A stretch of DNA of 62,957 bases, counting the filler, from Octopus bimaculoides (taxonomy: Eukaryota), in NCBI RefSeq assembly GCF_001194135.2. It is 8 parts of 8 records of this genome, joined end to end, with 100 filler letters (N's around TTAATTAATTAA, not from the genome) between each part and the next. Parts side by side here need not be neighbours in the genome. Positions count along the whole stretch, not along the records: positions 35,966 to 55,262 come from NC_068985.1; 7 more parts are not named here. One strand, given 5' to 3'. The translations under genes and the position numbers were made by a program. Below the pieces are notes generated by a model. It was not told the DNA's origin, did no database searches, and saw only the letters and a program-made list of their open reading frames with translations. Positions 35,966 to 48,355 of the stretch are shown here, in pieces. Each line of letters opens with the position of its first letter. Positions within the stretch are counted from its first letter, which is position 1.

Positions 35966-37690
35966 CTGGTAAAGTCAAATTCAATAGAATTAGATATCGA
36001 AACAGTAATAAAGGAACTTGAGCAGGAACAAACCTATAAATACCTAGGAATAAATGAAGGCTCTGGTATCCAGCATGCAAGCATGAAAGAGAAGGTTAGG
36101 AAGGAATGTTATAGAAGAGTTCGAGCAGTTCTGAAGTCTGAGCTGAATGCATATAATAAGGTGTTAGCCATAAATTCCTTAGCAGTCCCAGTTGTTCTTT
36201 ATAGCTTCAATGTGCTTAACTGGAATACCAGTGAAATAATGAAAATTGATAGAAAAATCCGCAAGCTACTGACTTGTAATAAGATGCACCATTCAAAGGC
36301 AGATGTGGATCGTCTTTACCTTTCCAGAGCTCAGGGAGGGCGAGGCTTGATCCAGCTTGAACTTACGTACAAAATCACCACAATCGGACTGGCCAAATAC
36401 CTTGAAACAACCAACGATTGGATGCTGAAACTTGTTGAAAAACATGAAAGACCAAAAAAACTTCACTCTATTCTGAAAGAGAGCAAAACATTTGCTACTG
36501 ATCTCTTAGATACCCACCAGCTTGATCAGGTTGAAGGAAATGCACCAACAGCTGCTACAAAGAAAATAAAATTAATTGCAAAGACAAATGCTCATGAAAA
36601 ATTAGCTAGCAGATGGGAACAGAAACCTCTGCATGGCAAGTATGTGGCTCGTAGCAAACAAGCTGATGTCAACCAGAAACACACGCATCAATGGTTACGA
36701 AGTTCAGGGCTAAAAGCAGAGAGTGAAGGTTTCATATTAGCTGCTCAAGACCAAAGCTTATTAACCCGGAACTACCTAGCCAATGTGATAAAAAATGGTG
36801 TTGTCCCAAAATGCTGATTCTGTAACGATAAGATTGAAACTATAGACCACCTAATCTCAGGGTGTAGAGTCTTAGCACCTTTAGAATATAAAGCAAGACA
36901 TGACAGAGTTGGCCAGTATTTACACTGGACAATATGTCGGCATTATAAAATCAAAACCACTGACAAATGGTATAAACACCATCCTGAAGCTGTGACTGAG
37001 GGAGAAAATGTGTCGATTCTCTGGGACTTCCCTGTACATACCGACAAAACTATAAAACTCACTGCCTCCTAGCTATACCTCTAAAACCACTTACACATAT
37101 ACACATGAACAAATAGTTTTTGGTTTTATAATAAATGCGTCATGACTACAGGAGATGTGCATTTGATTCCCATAAGCAGTCATTGAATATTATTATAAAA
37201 GATCAGACAAAGAAGACGTGTTTATTAATTGACATGAGTATTCCCTCTGATCATAATATAGCGGCGAAAGAATTTGACAAGATCAGTAAATATAAAGATT
37301 TGCTAATAGAAATTGAAAAAATGTGGCACCTCAAGGCGACTACCGTACCAGTGATTGTAGGATCTCTAGGAATGATAAAAAAAGGTACTGAAACCTATTT
37401 GAAAATGATACCAGGCTTACCATCCCTACAGGAAGTGCAAAAAATCGTGCTAACTGGAACGACTCATGTACTGAGAAGAGCATTATCACTGTGAAAACAA
37501 CATCCATTCATGAATTTATCTATTTATTAATTTTTTTTTTAAATACATATTTTACCTATGAATTTGCGTGTGTAAACTGGAAATGCATACAATGAGCTTC
37601 TCTGCCCAAGGTATATGGAAAATACTCGGCGAGAAATGGAAGAAAATTTGAAGAAAGATGAAAAAAAAACAACATAATAATAATATAATA
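35966..37690 (+). mobile_element. Dong/R4-clade non-LTR retrotransposon 3' part (RT C-terminus, zinc knuckle, restriction-like endonuclease), degenerate
   Basis: YKYLGI, GGRGL, AAQDQ, C..C...ETIDHLISGC, RHDRV, ILWDF, LIDMSIP, KISKY.DL and VPVIVGSLG motifs; 3' end followed by TAA repeats. Confidence 0.88.
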
Positions 37691-39209
37691 AAAATCAAAG
37701 AAGAGCTTTTACAAAAGAGCTGTTACAAAAGGTCTGTGCCTTGGCATGGCCAGAATAATCAGGAAAGTATTAGATAGTTGAGAAGAACAGATCTTGTGGT
37801 ACTGTAGGCTGCAGGTAGCAAGCTCACTAAACATGCAAGACTTCAGGAGTTCCATAAAAACTTGAGTTAAAAGGAGTAATATTAGCAATAATTTTTAACA
37901 CATGCACAAAATTTTGTGGGGTGTTTACTTGTAAAGTAAAGGCAATGCCTATAGCTTTTGTAGACTCTCCAAAATCACTGATATTGATGCTATTAACATT
38001 CTTAAAGATCCTTTGCATGTGAAATCTGTTCAAGTCTACAGGATAAACATGAGCATGAAGGGAATTTCAGAGTGTCAAAGTTCTGATAAGAAAGAGCTGG
38101 GCGTAGCAATCTGGGCAGAATCTGGAGTCGGGATGGGTAGACATAGAGTGATGAAAGGAAGAGAGATGAGTGGGTTGGGAATGTCTGAAGCTCTGAGGTG
38201 CAGAGACCATTATAGTATTAGTAGAAAAGGAGAGAAATGACACTGTGTACCTGTGATTCAGAGACTAGAGTGACTTAAAGCTAATCAGTTGTGTAGCTCT
38301 TTATCTGAATGTGGCCAAGGATATTTGTGTGCAGCAACAGCAGCAGCGTTTTATCTTAAGCTTCACCAGAACTTTGTTTGAGTATTAATTATTGCTAGGA
38401 GCTAAAATATCTTTTGACGATGTCCTAGCTATATTATGGACATGCTTTTATTAATTTCAGAGTATGAAAGACAGGCTTAAAATATATAAAACTAAACTAC
38501 AAAAGTAGCACATTTATAAAGTATAGCATTCTTTACAATTTCATCCAGCTTTACCTTTGCATTACTGATAAAAATTAAAATGTCTGTCTTTTATCTTTTA
38601 GCTTTTACTTATTTCAGTCATTGGACTGCGGCCATGCCGGGGCACTGCCGTGAAAGGTTTAGTCAAACAAATTAGTCTCAGTACCTATTTTCTAAGCTTG
38701 GTAGTTATTCTGTAGGTCTCTCTCCACCAAACTGCTAAGTTACCAGGATGTAAACAAACAACACCAGTTGTCAAGTGATGGGTGGGGAAGATAAACACAT
38801 ACATAGGGAAACACACACACACACACACACACACATGTATGTGTGGCCCCATCACTTCTTTTAAGTCAAGTACTTATTCTTTTGCCAGACTGCTAAGTTA
38901 CAGGGATGTAAACAAACCAATACCAGTTGTCAAGCAGTGATGGAGAGGACAAACTCAGACACAAAGACACACACATACATACATACATACATACATATAT
39001 ATTTATATATATATNNNNNNNNNNNNNNNNNNNNNNNNNNNNNNNNNNNNNNNNNNNNNNNNNNNNNNNNNNNNNNNNNNNNNNNNNNNNNNNNNNNNNN
39101 NNNNNNNNNNNNNNNNNNNNNNNNNNNNNNNNNNNNNNNNNNNNNNNNNNNNNNNNNNNNNNNNNNNNNNNNNNNNNNNNNNNNNNNNNNNNNNNNNNNN
39201 NNNNNNNNN

Positions 39210-41843
39210 CCATCATCATCATCGTTTAACGTCCGCTTTCCATGCTAGCATGGGTTGGACGATTTGACTGAGGACTGGTGAAACCGGATGGCAACACCAG
39301 GCTCCAATCTGATTTGGCAGAGTTTCTACAGCTGGATGCCTTTCCTAACGCCAACCACTCCGAGAGTGTAGTGGATGCTTTTACATGTCACTGGCATGAT
39401 GGCCAGTCAGGTGGTACTGGCAACGGCCACGCTCAAAATGGTGTATTTTACATGCCACCCGCACAAGAGCCAGTCCAGCAGCACTGCAACGATCTTGCTC
39501 GAAAGTCCTTACACATACCACGAGCACAAATGCCAGAAAGGCGACGCTGGGCACAGGTGCTATCACGATTTCACTTTCACTTGCTCCAACAGGTCTTCGC
39601 AAGCTGAGTTTCGTGTCCAATGAAGGAGATGATGTTGGCATGGGTGCCAGTCGTCGAATTTAGTTCGATTTCGATTTCACTTGCCTCAAGAGGTCTTCGC
39701 AAGTGGAGTTTAGTGTCCAATGAAGGAAAGGAATGCATAAGTGGGCTGGCTACACCCCTGGCAGAGGCCTTGGATTTAGGTCTCACTTGGCTTGCCAGGT
39801 CTGCTCATGCACAGCATATTTCCAAAGGTCTCGGTCAGAAGTCATCGCCTCGGTGAGGCCCAATGTTCATAGGTCTTGCCTCACCACATCATCCCAGGTC
39901 ATCATGGGCCTACCTCTTCCACAGGTTCCCTCAACTGCTAAGGTGTGGCACTTTTTCACACAGCTATCCTCGTCCATTCTCATCACATGACTATACCAAC
40001 ACAATCATCTCTCTTGCACACCACAACTGATGCTTCTTAGGTTCAACTTTTCTCTCAAGGTACTTACACTCTGTCTAGTATGCACACTGACATTACATAT
40101 CCATCGGAGCATACTGGCTTCATTCCTTGTGAGCTTAGGCATGTCTTCAGCAGTCACGGCCCATGTTTCACTGCCATGAAGCATGGCTGTTCATACACAT
40201 GCGTCATACAGTCTGCCTTTTACTCTGAGAGAGAGACCCTTTGTCAACAGCAGAGGTAAGAGCTCTCTGAACTTTGCCCAGGCTATTCTTATTCTAGCAG
40301 CTACTAACTTGGTCACCTAGACAGTGGAAGCTATCAACCACTTCTAGTTTTACTCCCTGGAATGTGGCAGAAGTTGTTTTCTACACATTTACAATGTTTA
40401 TAGCTCCTGAACATCTGCTACATACAACAACTAACTTCCTAGTTAACCTTCCTTTGATATTGCTGCACCTCTTATGTGTCCATAGCTTGCACTGGGTGCA
40501 TCTTATAGAGTTTCTACCTACGCCTTTTCTACAGATCGAGCAGGGCCATCTACCTGAAGGTGTTTGTGATTTTTCTACCTTCCTACTTATTAGGACTTTG
40601 GTTTTAGCTAAATTGATTTTAAGGCCCTTCGACTCTAGTCCTTGCTTCCACACCTGAAACTTCTCCTCTAGTTCTGATAGTGACTCAGCAATTAGTGCAA
40701 GGTCATCAGCATAGAGGAGCTTCCAGGGGCATCCTGTCTTGAATTCCTCTGTTATAGCCTGGAGGACTATGATAAATAGGAGGGGGCTGAGGACAGAACC
40801 TTGGTGGACACCTACCTCTACCCGGAATTCTTCACTGTACTCATTGCCAACCCTCACCTTACTGACAGCGTCTCTGTACATGGCTCGCACAGCTCTCACT
40901 AACCATTCTTCTATCCCAAGTTTCCTCATTGACCACCAGATAAGGGATCGGGGGACCCTGTCAAAGGCTTTCTCCATGTCAACGAAAGCCAGGTACATAG
41001 GTTTATCCTTGGCTAGGTATTTCTCCTGAAGCTGTCTTACCAGAAATATAGCATCAGTGGTGCTTTTCCCAGGCACGAACCCAAACTGCATCTCATCTAA
41101 ACTGACCTGCTCCCTAAATAGTTGGGATATGACCTTCTCCGTGACTTTCATTACTTGATCTAACATCTTGATACCTCTATAATTATTTGTATCTAAAGCG
41201 TCACCTTTATCTTTGTAGCAGTTGACTATGATGCTGCTACACCAGTCATTGGGTATGACTCCTTCGTGTATCACCTGGTTCGTAATACGGGTGACTAGGC
41301 TATAGCCGACACTGCCAAATATTTTGAGCGTCTCTGCAGTGATTCCTGATGGGCCGGGGGCCTTCCCTGTCTTCATACTCTTAATTGCTTTATCTACCAT
41401 GGTACTGTCAACTCGGATAGCTGGTCCCTCTGTTGGGTCGACATTCGGCAGACCCTCTTTCTCCCATTCATTCTCTTTATTGAGCAATCTTTCGTAGTGG
41501 CATCTCCAGACCTCTTTCTTTGCATCCTCATTTAGTGTAAGCGTACCATCATCCATGCGAACACATTTCTCTCCTACAACATCACGATTCTCTCTCACAC
41601 ACTGTCTTGCGACATGAAATACCTCAAGTCTTTGGTCCTCACGGCACAGAACAGTGGCAAATCTTTTCTTATCTGCTTCCCCTCTGGCTAAATAAACCTG
41701 TTGCCTAGCTACCCTTCTGGCAGTCTGATACAATTCCCTGCTACCACCGTTCTTCCAGTCCTTCCAGGCCTGTTTCTTTTCCCTAATTGCCCTGTCAACA
41801 ACATTGTTCCACCACCACGTTATTTTCGGTCGAGAGGGGACTT
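39210..41843 (-). mobile_element. RTE-clade LINE, 5' part lost in a gap, (ATG)n 3' tail
   Basis: RT motifs NYRGIKML, QFGFVPGKSTTD, FVDMEKAFDRV, GVHQGSVLSP and LLYADD; tail CATCATCATCATCG at 39210 on the + strand. Confidence 0.93.
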
Positions 41844-42421
41844 NNNNNNNNNNNNNNNNNNNNNNNNNNNNNNNNNNNNNNNNNNNNNNNNNNNNNNNNN
41901 NNNNNNNNNNNNNNNNNNNNNNNNNNNNNNNNNNNNNNNNNNNNNNNNNNNNNNNNNNNNNNNNNNNNNNNNNNNNNNNNNNNNNNNNNNNNNNNNNNNN
42001 NNNNNNNNNNNNNNNNNNNNNNNNNNNNNNNNNNNNNNNNNNNNNNNNNNNNNNNNNNNNNNNNNNNNNNNNNNNNNNNNNNNNNNTATATATATATATA
42101 TGTATATATATGTATGTATATATATATATATATAGGTATGTATATATGATGAGATCTTTTGGTTTCCATCTACCAAATCCTCTCACAATTTATTGGTCAG
42201 ACTGAAGCTATAGAAGAAGATACTTGCCCAAGGTGCCACATTTAATTTTCCTAACTTTGTTTGTTTGCCATCAAATCACTTAGAGACAAGTTATAAAATT
42301 TAGATTGCACTCATTGATAAAGGTCTTTTTACCATTTCAGATGCCAGGTTTTGATTAAGGTCAAAGAACATCCAGCTGGAGAAGAAACTGCAAAAAGTGT
42401 CAAAAAAGAACCACTGGAAAG

Positions 42422-42747
42422 ATGTCTGAAGAGGAATCAGAAAAAAGGAAATTAATTGCAAAGTCAATTTCCAAGAAGGAAACACGGAAAAGTGATTCAT
42501 TGTCAGTACCAGGTACTGCTTCTTCAAGGAGTGGAAGCAGTAATGAAGAAGATGATGAGGAGTCTACAGTGTATTTTAGTTCAAGTTCTCGAGATGAAAG
42601 TGATTTTGAACTTTCAGAGCCTGAAAAAGAAGAAAAAGTTGTTAAGAGAGTGATACCTGAAGATTTTTTTTATGACTATGAAGAATTGAAATACAGGCCA
42701 TTTGTCACAGAAGATTCTGGTTTACCAGAAGACATGTTAGATTTCAA
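42422..42747 (+). CDS. CFAP44: CFAP44 (WDR52) first recognisable coding exon; exon acceptor at 42341
   Basis: Acidic N-terminus then IPEDFFYDYEEL..PFVTEDSGLPEDML, matching the CFAP44 N-terminus; donor AA|gtatcc, phase 2. Confidence 0.85.
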
Positions 42748-43133
42748 GTATCCTTTGTTGCTGTCATTGTTGTTATAAATTATACCTTATATCTTTTATT
42801 TGTTTCTATCATTAGGTTGTGGTCACAATGGGGCCCGACCTTCAAGAATTTTAGTTGAACCCTGTACTTATTTTTTTTTTTTGTAAAGCCTCATACTTTT
42901 ACTATTAGTCTCTTTTGCCAAACTGCTGTTATGGTAATGTTAGCACTCCAACACAGGTTGTCAAGCAGTACTGGTGCACAAATATAGACACAAGGATGGA
43001 CACACATTGATATATACACACACAAACATACATACATGCATGCATACATACATACATACATACATACATACAAAATGCTGATGAACGCCGTCGCTCCAAG
43101 TGATAGGCTTGAAGAATTGCTAAGATATTAAGA

Positions 43134-44513
43134 TATTTTTCTTAGCATGAAATCAGTGGTACACATATACACATATAAAGAAATTCTGGAAATAGCACAG
43201 AAGTAAATGTAAGACATTTCAATTTAAGAAGGAATTTAATGAAATGGTTTTAAAATTATATAAAGAAAATATTACCGGTTTCGATGATGAATCTCATCTT
43301 ATCAAATATCAGTAAAATTTATAAAATTTTGAAGTAAAAACAGTTTATCTTCTGTATGGTAGTCAAAAACATGTCTGGAGTTTTTTTATTGGAGTCTTCT
43401 TTAAATATAGTTTGGTATAGAGTTTAAGGTGTTAGAGAGAAAGAGAGGGTGTACAGTTATCTATTGTCTAACAGAAACCTTAGTGGGTTCCTTCTAAGGT
43501 GGCTTAAAAGTATTTATTGAATGAGTTTTATGTCCACCTGTGTGTAAGTGTGTGTGTACTGTGTTGAATATCTTTTCAGTATGTTTGGAATGTGACCAAC
43601 TGTGTGTTGATGGATGTGTATGTTGTGATGAATATCTTGTTGAAGAAATAATTAGGATTTTCCTTTGGGTTAGACGTTTTCTGTTATGTGTCTCCACCTC
43701 TGTGTGTGTGTGCGTGTGTGAGTGTATGTGTGGGTATGTGTGTGTATATGTGGGGGGGGGGGGGGGTGAGTTTTTGGCAGATGATTTAGCATGTCTAGGT
43801 CATCTTGTATGTAGCTCTGTTTATGTTTTAGGAAGGGTTTTAAGAGGATGTCCAAGAAGTTGCTTAGTCTGTGTGTTTTACATGCCAGACCTGTTATGAT
43901 TTGGTCTCATTTTGTAACATACACACACATATACACTCAAACACACATGCACATACACTCACACACACACAGACACTCACACATATACACATATAAAAGA
44001 AAACATCCCAAAAAACACACATACAACTACACACATACAACCACACACACAAACACACACACAAACACACACATACACACAAAAGAAAATATACACACCC
44101 ACCAACACACAGATGGTCACATTCCAAACATATTGAAAAAACCTTCAACACACACACACACACACACACACTTACACACATGTGGACAAAACCCATTCAA
44201 TAAATACTATTAAGCCACCCCCTTAGAAGGAACCCACACTTTGAACTCTATACCAAACTATATTTAAAGATGACTTCAACGAAAAAGCTCTAGACATGTT
44301 TTCGACCTCCATACAGAAGATAAACTGTTTTTATAAATTTTTTACTGATATTTGATAACATGAGATTCATCATTGAAACTAGTGATATTTTCTTTATATA
44401 ATTTTTTAAATCATTTTCATTAAATTGAAACGTCCTAGATTTACTTCTGTGCTATTTCCAGAATTTCTTTATATGTGTATATGTGTACCACTGATTTTAT
44501 GTTAAGAAAAATA
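43134..44513. mobile_element. Penelope-like element remnant with inverted terminal units and an RT fragment
   Basis: Arms of about 450-500 bp are reverse complements. Minus-strand 43778-43915 translates MRP...C.THRLSNFLDILLKPFLKHKQSYIQDDLDMLNHLP, resembling PLE RT motifs 1-2. Each arm has a hammerhead-like motif. Confidence 0.75.
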
Positions 44514-44534
44514 CTTCTGTGCTATTTCCACTTC

Positions 44535-44715
44535 CATCTTTTATATATATATAAGATGAGCTTCTTTCAGTTTCCATCCATCAAATCCACTCACAAGACT
44601 TTGGTCGGTCTGAGGCGATAGTAGAAACCGCTTGCCCAAGGTGCTATGTAAGATGCTAAACCCAGAACTATGTGGTTGGGAAACAAACTTCTTACCACAC
44701 AACTACGTCTGTGCC
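44535..44715 (-). mobile_element. SINE family A, 5' half, diverged
   Basis: Reverse complement similarity to 1017-1170. Confidence 0.75.
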
Positions 44716-45879
44716 TATGATATGTTCATGATCAATATATATTTCTTTTGGTGAGTATTATTGAACAGATAATTCCCATTTTGTTGTTATCACTAATATT
44801 GTTTAACACTTACTACTTTCCCATTTCTTTTCCATGTGATTCTGATGGATCTTGAGAAGAGAAATGGGATGACATAGCTGGATCATGTGCTGGGAAAAAC
44901 TTAAAGTGACTAGGTGAGGGAATGATGGAAATGATTATGGAAGGGAACAGAGAGAGAGAAAGAGCAAGAAACACATGGGTAAAGATGATAAAGGATATGA
45001 GGGAAAGGTGTTGTTATCAAGAGAGAATGAAAAGGATAAGGTTAGATTGGGAAAACTTTCATGAGGCTATACAGAATTAACTTTTGATTCAGCAAAGAAA
45101 ATTGCCTAAAAAACACTTGCTATTGTGGTTGTTGCATAAATCTGAAACATGTCGCTATGAGAGAAATCAATATGTTGTTTGCTCATATCAAAACATTATT
45201 ATTAATAGTGCCATGCAATAAATTGATACTTTTGATGTATTAGTTTTCTTTTGAAGATTTTGTGCTTACATGTCAGGAATACATGGGTAAAGAAAAAAAA
45301 TTTCCAAGTTAATGTATTTTACCTTTGAAAAGAAAACTCATACATTGATTGGTGTGTGATTCAAAGCCAGCTTAAGATGGAAAAGTAAAGATGGCAATAT
45401 TAATGGGAAGCCTCATTTCAATCTAAGACCAATGGTGTAGTAGGGAATTTAAAAACCCAGTGGGTGGGGGAAATAATAACACTGTTGGCAGCTCCATATT
45501 ATTTGACATACTTGATATGTGAGAGGAAATTTTGTGCTCAGTCACAACTGCATCTTGGGCAACTATTCACCTCACTGCCTCCTAGCTATACCTCTAAAAC
45601 CACTTACATATATACACACAAACAAATATCTTTAAGTTTTATAATAAATGCATCATGTCCACAGGAGATGTGAATTTTTCTAGCCAAAAGAGTTTTTCAA
45701 CCTAATATTACATGCTATTATTTAAAGATTTACATGTACTTAGATAACCAATTCCAAAAAAAAAAGAAAATTATGTCATTGTATGTCATCAATAATTAAA
45801 ATTAATTTAATTATTTATGATTTGTTTAATCTCGTTGAAAGGACCTACATATATATCTCTTGGTTATGACCAGACCATG

Positions 45880-46290
45880 AATTGAGATTTCTACTGAAAT
45901 ATTTTGAAGTGTTTGAGGGAGGACATTCAGCAATAGTGACCAGATCTGTGGGATGTGAAGAATTGCAGTCTTCACAACAACAATGCTCCCTGTCACCAAG
46001 CCCTCCCCACCCATGAGTTTGTCACCAAAAACAACATAGTATCACTTCTCCACCCACCCTATTCACCAGATTTAGCACCTATAGACTTCCATCTCTTCCC
46101 CAAGATGAAAATGCAGCTCAAAGGTCACCGTTTTAACACTGTTGTTGAGATCCAGAGTGAATCGCAAAAGGGACTCGACTTGCTTACAAAAAATGACTCC
46201 TAGGCCAAATTCCAAAAGTGGCTGGAATGCTTGGACCAGCGAATTGCTGTGTAAGGTGGCTATTTTGAAGGAGATGATGTTAAAACTTTG
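45880..46290 (+). mobile_element. Mariner transposase 3' fragment
   Basis: LHNNNAPCH...HPPYSPDLAPIDFHLFPKMK..LKGHRF...GYFEGD, including the YSPDL motif. Confidence 0.9.
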
Positions 46291-47746
46291 ACAGCTAATG
46301 AAAAAATTGTGCTAGGAGGGAATTGTAAAGATTAAGAACTTGCTATAGTGATTGATATGGGGCTTTTAAAGCTGGACACTATATGGGTAAGGAAAGGAAG
46401 AGAGATGAATGAGTTGGGAATGCCTGAGAGAAGGTGAGCTGAGAGCATCCAACTCAATTGAGGGAGGCAATATGTCTGTGGGTCAGAGTTTAAGTGTACT
46501 GGTGAGTAACTTCACACCAATGACTTGAGTGGCTTTGAATGTGGTCAAGAATATGTATGTACCAGGTGTGACATGTACATTTATCCATTATTTTAACATT
46601 CTAATTTACCTATTAGTCAAGAATAAATTGAAATATTCACAAACACAGTTGCAAATGTTATATAAAACTAGCTTTCCTAATATTTTTGGGTTTTATTGTT
46701 TATCATAAATCACATTTGGCAGCTCACAGTGTGAACAAACTGTAGCATTGAAAATGGCTGGTATAAAGAATTGTAAAGTGATTAAGGTGAATGGTGAAAG
46801 TGTAGGTTGGTCATTTTGAATTGTAAATACATGTAAAATATTGTCATTAAATTCAACAATTCACCTGTAAACTTTCATTTACAAAACCTAAAACTTTTTA
46901 TTTTACAATCAACTGAGTAATAGATAAATTACATATACCACACCTGGTATGTAGTAATGAGGAGCAGTACTTCATTGTGAATCTCACATGAACTTTGAAG
47001 AGAATTTGTAGTTATTGGGGACTGAGGCATTTTCTGGCTCTGATGAGGAAATTTAATCTTTTAATGCAGTTTTGACTATGCGAAGATTATACATTCATCA
47101 GGTGAGCTCATCAGTATTGGTAAATCCTGTTATTTGTTGTGACCTTGGAGGTTTTGTTTGTATGCTGCTAATGTTGGCAGGAAGAGAGGACAATGTTTTC
47201 TTGATGTATATAGTGATTGTATCTTTGTACAGTTGAAGTAGATACAGCTTGCATGACTTCATTTGAGGATGTTTCTGAGGTCTGTATTCATAGAATGAAT
47301 ATAGATATGGCATGAGGTGCCTCTATCACTTTGCAGATGATACTTGTGTGTGCGGAAGATTCAGAAGGAATGAAAGAATGAATTGAAATGAGTTTTAATC
47401 AAAATGTAAGACATCTCTCATATTTGTACATGTTGTGTTGACAGCTTTATTTCATTTAAAGTTATCTTACAATCTCACATCAACCAGTTATGAAATTCTT
47501 CTCCAATGGAGCAACTACTTCGGAAACTACCTATCTTTGTGCTAACTAAACACAAGTTCTTCAGAAGATGGAAAACATATCAAGTGTATCAACTTCTTTC
47601 CTTAATATCTACAGCTTTAGGAAGGTCACATTAGGCAATTAACTGCTACTTTCTTCATCAAAGAACAAAATAAACAAATAAGTTACTGTATCAATAGCAA
47701 TGTAGCAGCTAATATATACTGTGTATTTCCTTAGTATTTCTCTAAG

Positions 47747-47909
47747 ATATTCATTGGGCTATGACTGCACCAGGAGATGTAATCTCTGTCTTCTTGACAA
47801 TGACACAGTTCTGTTTGCAACTGGAAATGTAATAACAGTCATCAATGTGAAAACTGGAGAAAGGTCCTTTCTGAGAGGTACCAGTGCAGGTGGAATTTCA
47901 GCAATTCAG
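47747..47909 (+). CDS. CFAP44: CFAP44 exon: YSLGYDCTRRCNLCLLDNDTVLFATGNVITVINVKTGERSFLRGTSAGGISAIQ
   Basis: Phase 2/0, donor CAG|gtaagt. Aligns without gaps to the CFAP44 HSFGYDC..R.NL.LLD segment. An alternative in-frame acceptor exists at 47735. Confidence 0.9.
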
Positions 47910-48355
47910 GTAAGTTTTAGGAGGACAATAATGTATATTCATCATAAATCTTTTTTTTTTAATGTTTTTGAAATATCAAGAGATATATGTGAAAAAGACA
48001 GCATCTTCTGAAGTTTCTAGACAAGGATACAATTATTTCCCATTACTTTCTCTGGGTAAGCCTGATATCTTACAATAATCCTTGAATGTCTGCTATATTT
48101 TCACCACAGATAGGTGAATGGTGACATGTAGACTTTGGTGTTCTGATTAAAAACTTAACATCTGTAGCAGACTTGAACACAAAATGTATAACATGGTAAT
48201 CTGTTTATTGATTTAATGACTTGGTCATTGTGCTTATGTAAACCTAAAGACCATGAATTAACTGTTGGCTACCATTCAAATTAAATCTGTTGGCCTTCCT
48301 TTTATTTTCTTCTTGCTATAACCATTACTTCTGGTCCATTAACACTTGCTACCAC

